A DNA stretch of 25,690 nucleotides from Lama guanicoe (taxonomy: Eukaryota), in contig MU054187.1 of the NCBI GenBank assembly GCA_013239625.1, positions 11,917,893 through 11,943,582 of the forward strand, written 5' to 3'. How positions within the stretch are numbered: position 1 is the stretch's first letter; the number at the start of each line of letters is the position of its first letter. The position numbers and the translations under genes were made by a program. This document shows, piece after piece, positions 10,120-21,365 of this stretch. The notes beneath the pieces were generated by a model. The model had not been told where the DNA came from, ran no database searches, and saw only the letters and a program-made list of their open reading frames with translations.

Positions 10120-10259
10120 GACCATGCAGTGGACCGAGGAATGTGAGTCTTTGGGGAGACAACCATCAGCCTCTCCGTACCCTAGGGTCACGCTGATGGG
10201 CCAGCTCAGCAGCACAGGATCTTTTTTTCCCCACTGTTGGTGACCCAGCCAATAAATAT
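10120..10259 (+). pseudogene. COL12A1-derived exon C (next FN3 N-half)
   Basis: Branch point CACTAAC at 10091-10097. Boundaries TTTATTTAG|GA and TAT|GTGAGT. Reads PCSGPRNV/VFGETTISLSVP*GHADGPAQQHRIFFS/TVGDPANKY. TAG at 10183-10185 plus two deletions. Confidence 0.9.
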
Positions 10260-11109
10260 GTGAGTCTGATACTCATTCATTTGAACATTTTGTAACGTAG
10301 TTCCCTGGTTGGAGGGTGAAATTAAGCTTTCTTCTTTAGGAAGTACTGTGATGACAGTTGAGTCTTGTCTCTTGTGTGACAGTCTGATAGTGTGTCCTGT
10401 GTGACACTCATGTGACAGTCACATTTTGTATGACTTTCTCTGACCTGGCCAATCAAGCCTCCCCAGCTTGGGGGTGGTGACTTGGGGCTATGCTTGGCGG
10501 TGCAGTGGGGGTCAAGACTGAGGCAGGAGACCTGGAGCCCCCACTGGAAGTCCTGGGCCTGGGACCCTCCCCCACAGCAGGGGGTGCTGTCACCTCCCTG
10601 GTGGTCCTGCCTCCTGGCATCTTGTCCTAGGCTCCTGCTGGGATCCTCTCACCTGGCCCTGCATCAGGAGAGTTACCTTTCAGTTCTGTCAGCCTCCTGG
10701 GCTTGTTTTTCTTCGTATGGTCTGCTTCACTTTCCTGTTGGTTCTTTGTGTTTTTCTTATACCGATTTGAAGACTTATTTTTAAAATTTCTATTACTCAG
10801 GGCCCCTGGGCTCAGAGGCACTGGACATCTGACTAGGGCCAGTATCGTGCGAGTGCCAGCTGCACAGGGAGGCCGATGTTGGGCCCCTGCCCGGCCTGTG
10901 CACAGTGCCCCGCAGCTGGGGCTGGACCCAGCCTGGCTGGGGAGGCCTCACGGCCCCTGAGGAGTGGGCAGACCAGGTGCAACAAGACCTGAAGCATTAT
11001 TTTTTTAATGTTATGTAAGTTGATCTTTTATTGATTCTTTTCTCTTGTGGATACCCATTTCCTGGTCTGCTGTTTGCAGGTTAATTTTATTTTGTTTCTT
11101 GCTTACAGA

Positions 11110-11410
11110 CAGAAAAATCTGGTTGATTTTATACTGATCCTCAGTCCAATAACCATGCCTTAATTCACTTACTAATTATAAATGTCTTTGGATTATGGTG
11201 GATTTTCCGTGCATGTGATAATGCCATGCACATACAATGACAGTTTTCTTGCTTAAAATTTGATCTTTATGCCTATTTTATTGTTGTTGTTATTGCATCA
11301 TTATCCTGATAGTGTCTTCAGTACATATTGAACAGAAGGGGTGAAAGCTGGTATCTGGTTCCAGTTACAGGGAAAACTTTCAATGTTTGCTCATTAATTA
11401 TATAATTTGT
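11110..11410 (-). mobile_element. Ancient L1M ORF2 fragment (left part)
   Basis: Degenerate L1 ORF2 antisense motifs such as CAGTACATATTGAACAGAAGGGGTGAAAG and GGGAAAACTTTCAATGTTTGCTCATTAATTAT. Confidence 0.6.
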
Positions 11411-11413
11411 TAC

Positions 11414-11530
11414 TGTTACTGAGTCCAAACTCATTCTGCTCAGTGCACAACAGGCCAATAAATCAGAAGACAAGTTGTTGGGGCAAGGAATAGTGACTTT
11501 ATTCAGAAAGTTGGCTGACCCAGAAGATGG
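11414..11530 (-). mobile_element. ERV LTR terminal fragment
   Basis: TGTTACTGAGTCCAAACTCATTCTGCTC...GGGGCAAGGAATAGTGACTTTATTCAGAAAG has a TG terminus and a reverse-strand polyA signal. Resembles artiodactyl ERV1 LTR ends; truncated by the adjacent L1. Confidence 0.6.
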
Positions 11531-12920
11531 TATATTTACACATTTTTTTCCTGTGATAAGATTCTACTCCCTTAGTAATATCAAATATTTTATGTGGTAT
11601 TATTACTTATAGTCATCACAGTGTATGTGTCATGACCCCATGTTATTTATTTTGTAAATGGAAGTTTGTATCTATTGCCGGCATTCACCAGTATTGCCCC
11701 TCTCCTCCTCCCCACACCTGGCAACCACCAGTCTGTTCTCTGTATCTGTGAGCTTGTTTTTGGTTTTGTCTTAGTTCCCACCTGTAAATGAAATCATGCA
11801 TGTTTATCTGTGTCTAATTTATTTCATTTAGCATAATGCCCTCAGGGTCAATCCATGTTGATGCAAACAGCAAGATCTCATTCTTTCTAATGACTTAATA
11901 GTGTGTTGTTAGACATATACAGGCATACCAGATTTTCTTCGTCCATTCATCCGCTGATGGACACTTCAGTTGTTTCTGTATCTTGATTGTTGGCAATCAA
12001 TGCTGCAGTGAAGATGGGCATGCAGATCCCCTCTCAAATTAGTGTTTTCATTTCTTTCAGAGAAATAAGAATGGAATTGCTGGATCATATAGTAGCCCTA
12101 TGTTTAATATTTTGGGAACCTTCCATGTGGTTTTATATTGTGGCTCCACTAATTTATGTTCCCAACAGTCACAGGTTTCCCTTTTCTCCATGTCTTTCCA
12201 AACCTTGTTTTGTCTTGTCTTTTTGATAATAGCCATTCTAACACATGGGAGGTGATACTTTGTTGTGATACTGATTTCTGTTTCCCTGATGACAAGTGAT
12301 ACTGATCCTTTTCATGTTTTAATCAGATTGGGGTTTTTTGTTTTGTTGTTGTTATGAGTTGTAGGAGCTTTTAAATATATTTTGTATGTCAGCCCCTTCT
12401 CGGTTGTATTATTTGCAGTTCTCTTCTCCCATTCAGTAAGGTACTTTTTCTCATGTTTTTGTTAATTTCCTTTGCTGTGCAGGAGCTTTTTTAGTTTGAT
12501 ATAATCCCACATGCTTATCTTTATTTTTGTTTCCTTTGCTTTTGGTGTCAAATCCAAAAGCTCATCATCAAGATTGATGTCAGGGAGCTTACTTTCTGTG
12601 ATTTCTTATAGTAGTTTTATGTTTTACATACAGTAGTTTAGTTTTACATTCAAGTCCTTCATGCATTTTGAGTTGAATTTTGGGTATGGTAATAAGATAG
12701 GGGTCCATTTTCATTCTTTTGCACATAGCTATACAGGTTTCCCCACACCATTTGGTGAAGAAACTGTCTTTTCCCCATTGTATATTTTTGACTCCCTTGT
12801 TGTAAATTATTGATGATACATGGGCAGGTTTATTGATGAGCTTTGTTCTGTTCCATTGATATACATGTCTGTTTCTAAGCCAACACCATACTGTTTTGAT
12901 TATTTTCACTTTGTCATGGA
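11531..12920 (-). mobile_element. L1MA-type LINE-1 3' end plus ORF2 C-terminus
   Basis: L1MA-like 3'UTR. ORF2 peptide KTVWCWLRNRHVYQWNR...KGVKNIQWGKDSFFTKWCGE (ORF 12589-12960). Confidence 0.85.
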
Positions 12921-12924
12921 AGTT

Positions 12925-13120
12925 GCTTTCTTTCACAGTTTTGCTAAGAGTTATTTTCATGACTGATTGATGGAAGTTTATTAAATACCTTTTTACAGTT
13001 ATCCTACTTAATCATTATTTTATCATTGTTTTTCTGCTAATGGGATAATTTACAATTATTTTTGAATCTTGAACAGTATTGCATTTTCCAGTATAGTCTA
13101 CTGTTATTCTGTTATGTTTA
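12925..13120 (-). mobile_element. Ancient L1M ORF2 fragment (likely continuation of 11110-11410)
   Basis: AGTTTTGCTAAGAGTTATTTTCATGA...TTTATTAAATACCTTTT...TTGAACAGTATTGCATT follows the L1 ORF2 antisense order after the piece that ends near 11410. Confidence 0.5.
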
Positions 13121-13196
13121 CATAATGGCTTAATTCATATAATAATACTTTAGTTGAATGTGTACAGCATAGTCCTTTAGTTGTATATATTATTTA

Positions 13197-13234
<38 letters not shown>

Positions 13235-15125
13235 TATATACACACACTCCTTTTCATATTCTTTTTCATTATGGTTTATTACAGGATATTGAAAAGGTTT
13301 TCCTGTGCCTTACCGGAAGACCTTGTTTTTTATTTATTTTATATGTAGTAGTTTGTATCTATTGTTGTTTGTATCTACTCATCCCAAACATCTAATGTAT
13401 CTTCCTTCTTGCTTTCCACCTGGCAATCTTAAGTTTGTTTTTTATGTCTCTGAGTCTGTTCTGTTTTGTAAATAAGTTCACTTGTGGCATGTTTTAAATT
13501 CCACATATAAATGATATCATGTGGTATTTATCTTTCTGTAACCAACTTACTTAGTGTAATCTCTAGGGCCATGCATGTTGCTGCAAATAGTATCATTTCA
13601 TTCTTTTTTTATGGCTGGAGGCTATTCTAGTGTGTGTGTATAAAATATATATATATAAAAAACACTTTTTTATCCATTTATCTGACAAGGGACATGTAGG
13701 TTGCTTCCATGTCTTGGCTACTGTAAATAAATGCTGCTTGAACATTGGGATGCATATATACTTTTAATTTAGTGCTTTCTTTGGATAAGTCCAAGAATGG
13801 GATTGTTGGATCACATGATAGCTATACTTTTAGTTTTTTAAGGAACCTCCATACTGTTTTTCATAATAGTTGTACCAATTTGCAGTACCACCAGCAGTGT
13901 AGGAGAGTTGCCTTTGCCTGATGTCTCCAGCATTTGTTTTTTGTAGACATTTTAATGATGACCATTCTGACTGGTGTGAGGTGATACCTCATTGTAGTTT
14001 TGATGTGAATTTCTCTAATAATTAGCAATGTTCAGCATCTTTTCATGCACCTGTTGGCCATTTGTAGTTTTCTTTGGAGAAATGACTATTTAGGTCTTCA
14101 GCCTATTTTGGGGTTTGAGTCATCTGTTGTGTTGTTCTTGTTATTGAGTTTTATGTGCTGTTTGGATATTTTGGAAATTAAGCCCTTTTTGGTCACATTG
14201 ATTGCAAATATTTTCTTCAGTTTCAAAATTTGTCTTTTCATTTTCTTTATGGTTTGCTTTGCTGTGCAAAAAAACTTGTAAGTTTGATTAGGTCCCATCT
14301 GTTTATTTGTGCTTGTATTTCTTGCCTTGGGAGACTGACCTAAGAACATATTGCTATAATACATGTCAGAGAATGTTTTGTCTATGTTCTATTCTAGCAG
14401 TTTTATGATGTTATGTCTTGTATTTCAATCTTTAAGCCATTTTGAGTTTATTTTTATGTATGGTGTGAGAGAGTGTCCTAATAACTTCATTCATTTACAT
14501 GCTGCTATGCAGTTTTCCCAACACCACTTGCTGAAGAGACTGCCTTTTCTCCACTGTGTATCTTGCCTCCTTTGCCGAAGATGAACTGTAGGTCTGTGTG
14601 TTTATTTCTGGGCTCTCTATTCTGTTCCATTGATCCAACACCACACTGTTTTGATTACTGTAGCTCTGCAGTATTGTCTGAAGTTTAGAGGATCATTCCT
14701 TTAGCTTTATTCTTTTTCTTCAGTAATGCTTTGGCAATTCTACATCTTTTATGATTCCATACAAACTTTAGGATTATTTGCTCGAGTTCTGTGAAAAATG
14801 TCCTGGGTAACTTGATAGGGATTGCATTAAATCTGTAGATTGCCTTGGACAGTATGGCCATTTTAACAGTATTAATTCTTCTAATCCAAGAATATAGGAT
14901 ATCTTTCCATTTCTTTAAGTCATCTTTCATTTCTTTAATCAATGTTTTGTAGTTCTTCATGTATAAGTCTTTCACCTGCTTGGCCACATTTTTTCCTAAG
15001 TATTTTATTGTTTTGGATGTGGGTTTTTTTTTTTTTTTTACTTTCTTTTCCTATCATTTCATTGTTAGTGTAAAGAAATGCAAACTTATTTGTGTATGTT
15101 AATCTTCTATCCTTCTGCCTTGCCA
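13120..15125 (-). mobile_element. LINE-1 3'UTR plus ORF2 C-terminal part
   Basis: ORF2 peptide [68 protein letters not shown] (ORF 14685-14987) and an artiodactyl-type 3'UTR. Confidence 0.9.
13195..13247. repeat. (TA)n/(CA)n microsatellite
   Basis: Read directly; lies within the L1 3'UTR. Confidence 0.92.
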
Positions 15126-15129
15126 AGTG

Positions 15130-15801
15130 TTTTTGTAGTTCTTCTCTGTCTTTCTTCCTTCATACTCTTCTCTTATGGTTAGTTGATTTTCTTTATTGTT
15201 ATATTTGTGTTTCTCTAGTTTTTGCACATCTACTGTAGGTTTTTGATTTATGGTTACCATGAAGTTCATATACTTTGCTCCATTACAATATCTGATTGTC
15301 TTAAAGTGATTGTCATTTAAAGTCATATAAATTCTAAATGACCTACTGTTTTACTCCCCCAACCTTTTTTTTGTTTTTGATTACATTTTTTACATCTTCA
15401 TGCCTCATATAAGTATATGCCTCATTTAAATGTTTACTGTAATTATACTTGCTTTTACAATTTTTGTCTTTTAGTCTTTGTAATAGCTTATTTAAGTGGT
15501 TAATTCACAGCCATTGCTCCATTTTTGCCCTTAAAGTGGGATTTTCCCCTTCACACAAGTTCTTATTTCTTACTCTGTTTCACATGAAGAAAATCTTTTA
15601 ATATATCTTGTAAGGTCAGTTTAGGATTGATGAAATCTTAGTTTTTGCTCATCTGGGAAGCTCTTTAACTGTCTTTCAATTGTGATTAATCTTTGCTGAG
15701 TAGGTAGCCTCGTTTCTAGGTTTTTCCTTTTAAGTCATTTAAATATATTGTGACTGTTCCTTCTGGCCTGCAATGACTGTTGAAAAACAGCTGATAGGCT
15801 C
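15130..15801 (-). mobile_element. Older L1/HAL1-like element: ORF1 C-terminus and downstream region (left half)
   Basis: Antisense ORF1 motifs such as TTCTGGCCTGCAATGACTGTTGAAAAACAGCTGATAGG and AGTTTTTGCTCATCTGGGAAG. Continues at about 18379. Confidence 0.7.
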
Positions 15802-17715
15802 TCCATGACCTCTCCTCACAACTGCAATGAACCCACAACTGACTGCTAAACAAGCATCAAATAAAAGACTGGAACCTAGCAGAAAAGATCTTCAACTTGA
15901 AGTATAAAAAGGGAACCACAGCAGGATGCTGCGAGAGGCATTCTCATGATATAATCAGGCCCCATACCCCTCAGGGTGGGTGAACCAGAAGCTGAAGAAT
16001 GAATCACAGAGACCCTCCACCAGACTGAGAGTTCTAAACCCCACGTCAGGCTCTGCAGCCCATGATTCCAGCATTGGGAAGTGGAGGAGACCCCAGGACA
16101 TCTGGTTTTGAAGGCCAGTGGGGCTTAGCTCTAGGAGCTCCACAGGACTGGGGGAAACAGACCTTAATTCTCTTGGGAAGCATACACACAATCTCAAGTG
16201 TGTCAGTTCAAGGGCAGAGGTAGTGATTTCATAGGAACCTGGGCCAGACCTGCCTGTTGGCTTTGGAAGGTCTCCTGGGGACATAGAGGACACCTGTGGC
16301 TCACCCAGGGGACATAATAGCTGGTAGAAGACATTCTGGGAGAGTTCATCTACATGAACTTTCCTGGAGGCTGACATCTTGATTGGATCATTAGAACCAA
16401 GACCAGCCCCACCCATCAGCAGACTTCCTGAGCCACAAAGGCTTCTAAACAGGGCCCTACCCACCAAAGGTCCAGGACCGAGCTTCACCCAGCAGTGGGC
16501 AGGCACTGGCTCCTCCAGCCAGGAAGCCTGCATATAAGCCTCTAGTCCAGCCTCATCCACCAGGGAGCAGATACCAGAAAGAAGAAAACAACAGTGCCAA
16601 AACCCATGGAAGGAGTCCACACACAAGCCAGATTCCACACTGGGACTGGCTGGACTTTGGCCCTTGGGTGACAGGAGAGGAGCATACTGCTGGGACACAT
16701 AGGACATGTGCCACAGAGGGCTGCTGCTTCAAGGTCAATAAATATAACTAACCTACCTAAAAATACATACAGAAAGACAGAATGAGACAGCAGACAATAA
16801 CTCCCAGGCCAAGGCACAAGATAAAATCCCAGAAGAAGAAATAAGTGATGAGGAGATAGGCAATTTATCTGAGAAAGTTTTAAAGTGATGATGGTGAAGA
16901 TGTTTAGAGAACTGAACAGGAGTACAGATGCACAGAGCAAAATTTTCAGCAAAAAGTTGGAAAATATAAAGAATACCCAAACAGTTGAAGAGTAAAATCA
17001 CTAAAATCATTTTAATGATCTAAGACACTTGAAGGAACCAAGAATAGACTAAATGAAGCAGAACTGATCAGTGAGCTAGAAGACAAATTAGTGGAAATCA
17101 CTACTGCAGAGCAGGAAAAAAAAAAAGAAAAGGAATGAAGACAGTTTAAGAGAACTCTGGGACAACATGGAGCACACTAATATTCACATTATAGGGGTCC
17201 CTGAAAGAGAAGAGAGAGAGAAAGGACCTGAGAAAAATTTTGGTGAGATAATAACCAAAAACTTTCCCAGCTTGGGAAAGGAAACAGTCACCCAAGTCCT
17301 GGATCAACACAGAGAGGAACACACCAAGGCACATAGTCATCAAACTGACAAAAATTAAAAATAAGGAGAAAATGTTAAAATCAGCATGAGAAAAGCAACA
17401 AAACAACACACAAGGGAACTCACATAAGGTTATCAGCTGATTTCTCAGCAGAAAATCTACAGACCAGAAGGGAGCAGCATGACATACTTAAAGTGATAAA
17501 AGAAAAAAAATGTACAATGAAGAATACTCTATCCAGAAAGGCTCATGTTCAGACTTGATGCAGAAATCAAAAGCTTCACAAATAGACAAAAGCTAAAAGA
17601 ATTCAGCACCTCCAAACCAGCTTTACAGCAAATGTTCAAGGAACTTCTCTAGTCATCAAACCGCAAGAAAAGACAACAAAAAAGAAGAGAGCAGGGGGAA
17701 AAAAAAAAAGACGTA
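15802..17715 (+). mobile_element. LINE-1 5'UTR plus disrupted ORF1 (about 16782-17652)
   Basis: ORF1 peptide MEHTNIHIIGVPEREEREKGPEKNFGEIITKNFPSLGKE. GC-richer 5'UTR at about 15802-16780. ORF1 ends AAGGAACTTCTCTAG. Confidence 0.87.
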
Positions 17716-17719
17716 TACA

Positions 17720-18260
17720 AGATTGCTTTGGCTGTTAGGGGTCTTTTATTGTTCCATATAAATTTTGGAATTGTTCTGGTTCTGTGAAAAATGCCATGAG
17801 TGTTGACAGGGGTTACATTGGATCTGTAGATTCCTTTGGGTAGATACCATTTTGATAATGTCGTTGCTTCCAACCCAAGAGCATAAGATATCTTTCCATT
17901 TCTTTGTATCATACTCAATTTCCTTCATCAGTGTTTTACAGTTTTCAGAATATACGTAACCTCCTTGGTTAAGTTTATTTCTAGGTATTTTGTTGGTTTT
18001 GATGCAATAGAAATGTTTATGCCAGTTCTAAAATTCTGGGTTTTGAAGTTAAAAAAAGTGAATGAAGGGCCACAAATGGAAAAATACCCTTCTCTCTTAT
18101 GGGTGAATTGTATTGTTACCTACATATGGTGCATCTCCTTTATCCATTCATCTGTTGATGTGCACTTGGGATGCTTTCATGTCTTGGCAATTGTAAATAG
18201 TGTTGCTGTTAATAGTGGGATGTGTGTATCTTTTTGAATTTTTATTGTGTTTGGCTTTAT
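17720..18260 (-). mobile_element. LINE-1 ORF2/3' fragments in opposite orientation
   Basis: ORF2 peptide MKEIEYDTKKWKDILCSWVGSNDIIKM (about 17720-18010). A second piece, TTTATCCATTCATCTGTTGATG...TTCATGTCTTGGCAATTGTAAATAGTG, at about 18120-18250. Confidence 0.78.
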
Positions 18261-18378
18261 TCCTTTAATAACTACATAAGTTTAAAAAGCTAAAGCTCTA
18301 AACATTCTTAGAGACAATGAACAGTGCATATATGTAAATTTAAAAAATATGTGCAGTAAAGACAGCTGATATAGGCTC

Positions 18379-20430
18379 ATGAAGGATTTCCTTTTCTGTG
18401 ACACTTTCCTTTTTTCTTGCTGCCTGTAGAATTCTATCATTGTCTTTAAATTTTGCTTTTTGAATGATGATATGTCTTGATGTGAGTCTGTCTCAGCTGA
18501 TCCTGTTTGAGACTCTCTGATTCCTGTGCCCTGATACTCGTTTCCTTCTTCAGATTAGGGAAGTTTTCAGCCTTAATTTTATCCAATGTTTTCTCAGCCT
18601 TTTTCTCTCTCCCTGCAGGGACTCCTGTAATGTGAGTGTTACTATGCTTGATGCTGTCTCAGAAGTGCTTTAAACTCACGTAGCAGGCCTTTCCTTCTTG
18701 CTTTTTTGATTGGGTGTTTTTCATTCTGTCTTCCAGATTGCTAATGGATCATCTGCATTGCCTTATCTTCTGTACTACCTGCAGTTCTGCTCTGATTGGT
18801 TCTTTTTTATATTTTCTAGTTCTTTTGACAATTATCCTGGTCGGCTCATTTCTTCTTTTTCCCAGTTCAGTTATCATTCTTGTTGCTATTGCTTTGACCT
18901 CTTTGTCAGGTGAAGTATTTCTTTTCATTATGATTATTTTGTTATTCTTTCATTTAAAATGTGTTCTTGTGTCTTCTCATTTTAACTTTCTGTATTTCTG
19001 TGAAATTAGGTGAAACAGTTATCTGCCCCAGAATGAAAGGTGTCCTTGTGTGAGAGCATTCCTGTGCAGTCTTCTGTGCCCAGCAGGTTTGTTGGGAAGA
19101 GCTGGACCTGAAGTGATCCTGGGCTGCCCTCTTCCCCCGGGACATGCTGGCAGCCACTGCCATGGGGGCAGCAGGGCTGGAGTCAGAGGGACTGGAGCCA
19201 GTTCCAGGTTGAAGCAGGGGCTTCTCCTCTGCTCAGTGACTGTTCCAGCCCTATCAGTTGTGGCACGGGGTCCTGTGGGGCTGGAGCAGGATCTCTGTGG
19301 GAGTGGGGTTCTCCTGGGTGAGGTGGCAGTCTCTGGTTTGGGATGTGGCTGAGGCCTGAGGGCTTGCAGCGGCCCTTCTGTACTGGTTTTACCTTTTCCC
19401 CAGTGTGCACACCTTGGCTAGAGGGTGAGTCGGGGCCATAGAGATTGGGGCCGCACCACTGAGCTGGCTCCACCCCGTTAGGTGTGCACAGGAAAGTGAG
19501 TTCTGGGGATGGCAGGCCCTGCCCTGGTGCTAGTGCTGTTCCCTGCAGAGTGTGTGCAGGGACACTAGCTGGCCGTGCCTGCCGGCCGTCTTTTCAGAGG
19601 CAGGGCCACACCCAGGCCAACGCCACTTTCTCCCACGGTGTGCACTCTCACTGGCAGTGGAAGCCTCAGAGCCAGTTCCAGGTTGAAGCAGGGGCTTCTC
19701 CTCTGCTCAGTGACTGTTCCAGCCCTATCAGTTGTGGCACGGGGTCCTGTGGGGCTGGAGCAGGATCTCTGTGGGAGTGGGGTTCTCCTGGGTGAGGTGG
19801 CAGTCTCTGGTTTGGGATGTGGCTGAGGCCTGAGGGCTTGCAGCGGCCCTTCTGTACTGGTTTTACCTTTTCCCCAGTGTGCACACCTTGGCTAGAGGGT
19901 GAGTCGGGGCCATAGAGATTGGGGCCGCACCACTGAGCTGGCTCCACCCCGTTAGGTGTGCACAGGAAAGTGAGTTCTGGGGATGGCAGGCCCTGCCCTG
20001 GTGCTAGTGCTGTTCCCTGCAGAGTGTGTGCAGGGACACTAGCTGGCCGTGCCTGCCGGCCGTCTTTTCAGAGGCAGGGCCACACCCAGGCCAACGCCAC
20101 TTTCTCCCACGGTGTGCACTCTCACTGGCAGTGGAAGCCTCCGCTTGAGTGGGGAGCAGCACCAGAACACGGAGGGCGGGAGCAGGAGCCTGGGGGAGTC
20201 CGGGGTTCCCCCTGAGCCACCCCTGCCAGCCGGCCGGAGCCCCAGGCAGTGTTCAGCCTGCTGTGTCCCTGCCGTGACGGGGAGTCAGCGGGTCTCTGCA
20301 CAGGCTGTTCAAGAGCAGTGGCTCCGCGTCTTACAGCGCCCCAGCAAGCTCGCTGGTTTTCACCCCAGCTGAGGGGACTCCTTGTCCCGGTGCTGAACCC
20401 TGTGCCTGGGTGCCTGACACGTGGTTCAGA
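18379..20430 (-). mobile_element. Older L1/HAL1-like element: ORF1 N-terminal part and GC-rich 5'UTR (right half)
   Basis: Antisense ORF1 motifs (AGATTAGGGAAGTTTTCAGCC, GGGACTCCTGTAATGTGAGTGTT) followed by a GC-rich stretch at about 19050-20430 in the position expected for the 5'UTR. The 5'UTR assignment is by position. Confidence 0.65.
19195..20141. repeat. Direct tandem duplication, period 474 bp
   Basis: 19195-19667 and 19669-20141 read identical by eye. The ORF track gives identical peptides offset by 474 (19484/19958, 19575/20049, 19473/19947). Confidence 0.95.
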
Positions 20431-21365
20431 CCATGACATAAGGCGTGGGTGGTTATGAGGGCTGGAGCACCACTGTGACACCATGCTGTCTGAGTACGGA
20501 TGCCCACAGCTCCTACTGTGTGTGGCTGGTGGGGAGCCCTGCTGGGAGCAGCTATACTTCTGTCTGGCACAGACAGATGGGGCTCGTTATAATCATTCTT
20601 TGTAAAGATAGTATAAGGACAGGATATGCCATCTGGTTTTCCAAGGGATTGAGTATTATAATGTGTCATGTGCCCCAGCTGCCTAGTGTGAGCAGCATGA
20701 CTGCAGGTGCTCTGGGTCCAGGAATGCAAACTCCAGTTAAGCCCTTGGGAACCAAAGGAGCAGGTCCTAAAGGGGTCTGCTTACTAGTCTAAACGCCATA
20801 TGTCAGTCATAGGGAAACACCAGATTAAGAAATGGATGCTGCCTGAGTTTAGTGTTAAATTATTATAAAATGTAAGGAACCTACAAGATTCTGGGTAAAA
20901 ATTAGTGCAGTGACAAGTGGAAATGATCCAAGGAGTACATACAGTAAGAAATAGAGTCCTGAATTTAATCATCTTGTCTGATTTTCTTAGTGGGTAGTAA
21001 ATAATTAGGGTTTTGACTAATGTTGTTTTGATTAAACTATAGAATGTGGTCAGTTGTGAAGTGTGAAAGTTTAAGGATGTTTGTAGTAAGGATATTTGTG
21101 ATGATACAGTTTTGGGGGTTAATGATTGCTGGGATGAATGAAATCGGCTGGCTGTGTGTGCTGGTGGAAGAAGAGACGTTGTTGATGCAAGTGGAGGCAC
21201 TAACAGAGAGGAGGCTATGAAAAGTGAGTGTCAGTTGATTCAGAAAGAGTGAGCTGGTAAGGCTGGTTAATAGGCTATAAGGTTTAGTGTTAATTCAGAG
21301 GATATAATTTTTGACAATCATGTTAATTGTATTACTATACTATTTGGAATAATGAGTTTTAGCCT
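20430..21365 (-). pseudogene. ND4: NUMT ND4 5' part
   Basis: Remnants include NSGLYFL, MAYPVLMLSL..MIMTSPICLCQTE (versus [25 protein letters not shown]) and IRTQTAWCHSGAPALMTTH (versus ILIQTPWSYMGATALMIAH). Confidence 0.85.

Larger units (their letters stand above)
6669..10259 (+). pseudogene. COL12A1: COL12A1 partial genomic duplicate (unprocessed pseudogene), 3 FN3-domain exons
   Basis: Three consecutive exons match recalled collagen XII FN3 sequence [23 protein letters not shown].../[23 protein letters not shown].../[47 protein letters not shown]. Order and splice phases are consistent. All three carry frameshifts. Confidence 0.92.

Noticed and set aside
10801..10850. GGACATCTGACT (GHLT) as the next COL12A1 exon
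   Set aside because: Only four codons match; the rest of the expected exon is absent.
15955..16707. 250-aa minus-strand ORF, the longest in the window
   Set aside because: It is the antisense reading of an L1 5'UTR; no recognisable protein.
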